DNA of 64,000 bases from Callorhinchus milii (taxonomy: Eukaryota). Every line of letters begins with the position of its first letter. Positions within the stretch are counted from its first letter, which is position 1. The translations under genes were made by a program, and so were the position numbers. Positions 63,243 through 64,000 of the stretch are shown in pieces. The notes under the pieces are model-generated. The model saw nothing but the letters and a program-made list of their open reading frames with translations, did no database searches and had not been told where the DNA came from. The DNA lies in NCBI RefSeq assembly GCF_018977255.1, contig NW_024704743.1, positions 2,420,001-2,484,000 on the forward strand. The letters run 5' to 3'.

Positions 63243-64000
63243 CTGCAAAGGAAGAAAACAAAAGTCACTAAAATGCATCCGAACTGGACCACAAGCGGAT
63301 TGTGCACATTGATTATATCTGCATGAAGTGAGCAATTACAGGAAAACCCAGAACGTGTCCTGAACCACGACGGCGTGTTCTCAAGTACAGAACGTGACAG
63401 TCGAGCAGTGGACAACACAAGAGCAGCCGGGCAGCTTTCTGCAGACATGGACACTGACATTACTGGATGTGATAAAAAGGCAAGCCTGTGAGCAACAGCC
63501 TTTCCTGTTTTACAGCAATAAATTGTGACGGCTTTTAAATAAAATTCATGTCCAGTAATTGCAACATGCAACATGAATGTGAAATTGAACCCATTCTCTT
63601 TTGTTACTTGGACATCTTTTGCCTCAGTTAGATGTGCAGTTTTAACTTTGACATTCAATTTGTTATACATCTGCCTATTTGGATGCTCCTGTCACATTGA
63701 TGTTTTACATGAAAAACTAGTTGAGAGGCAGAAACTATATTGCACTGCAGTGTCGCTGTTCCTTGTTCTGTCCTGCACCAACGCCTTGAAAATTGATGGC
63801 ATGTCACAGCTCCATTGGAAATGAAATCTAATATAATAAAATTATGAGGCTGCTGATAAAGTTAAACGGTTATAAATTTAATAATAAAACATTGTTAAGT
63901 ACATCATTAAATATATAGTTGCCAGACTTTTTTTATTTTTAACCTATTGAGGTATTTCGAGACTTTGAGGACAGATCTAAGAGGAAAGGTTGCCTGTTCT

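Overview
This is vertebrate genomic DNA. It is most likely a cartilaginous fish (chimaera/elephant-shark-like), inferred from the repeat landscape and protein divergence. It holds exons 3-17 of LMBR1 on the minus strand. All 15 exons were located by eye with GT-AG boundaries, and they splice into one continuous frame (1340 nt) ending in ...NGHQKAF* at 755. Intron 5 (38636-55826) contains a clearly recognisable ZRS/MFCS1, the long-range Sonic hedgehog limb/fin enhancer (about 52225-52810). The rest is intronic DNA with about 35 copies or fragments of one tRNA-derived SINE with an L2-type tail, a DeuSINE-like family, many L2 and CR1 LINE relics, a MITE-like palindrome and a minisatellite. I see no prokaryote-type system, intact transposon or second protein-coding gene. 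The best leads are: (1) several CTCF motifs in LMBR1 introns 4, 5 (inside the ZRS), 7 and 9, all pointing toward the expected SHH side, one with the full upstream module in a CpG-rich patch; (2) a candidate SBE5-like brain enhancer in the penultimate intron; (3) CpG-type optimal HOX11-13 sites in and next to the ZRS; (4) a U12-type intron 13; (5) a candidate recursive-splice/poison exon in intron 5; (6) TE curiosities, namely a minisatellite born from the L2 RT 'HSTETA' motif, a hammerhead-like Penelope relic nested in a SINE, a SINE inserted in the loop of a MITE, and stacked fold-back palindromes. Comparisons with human or mouse sequence are from memory and need alignment to confirm.
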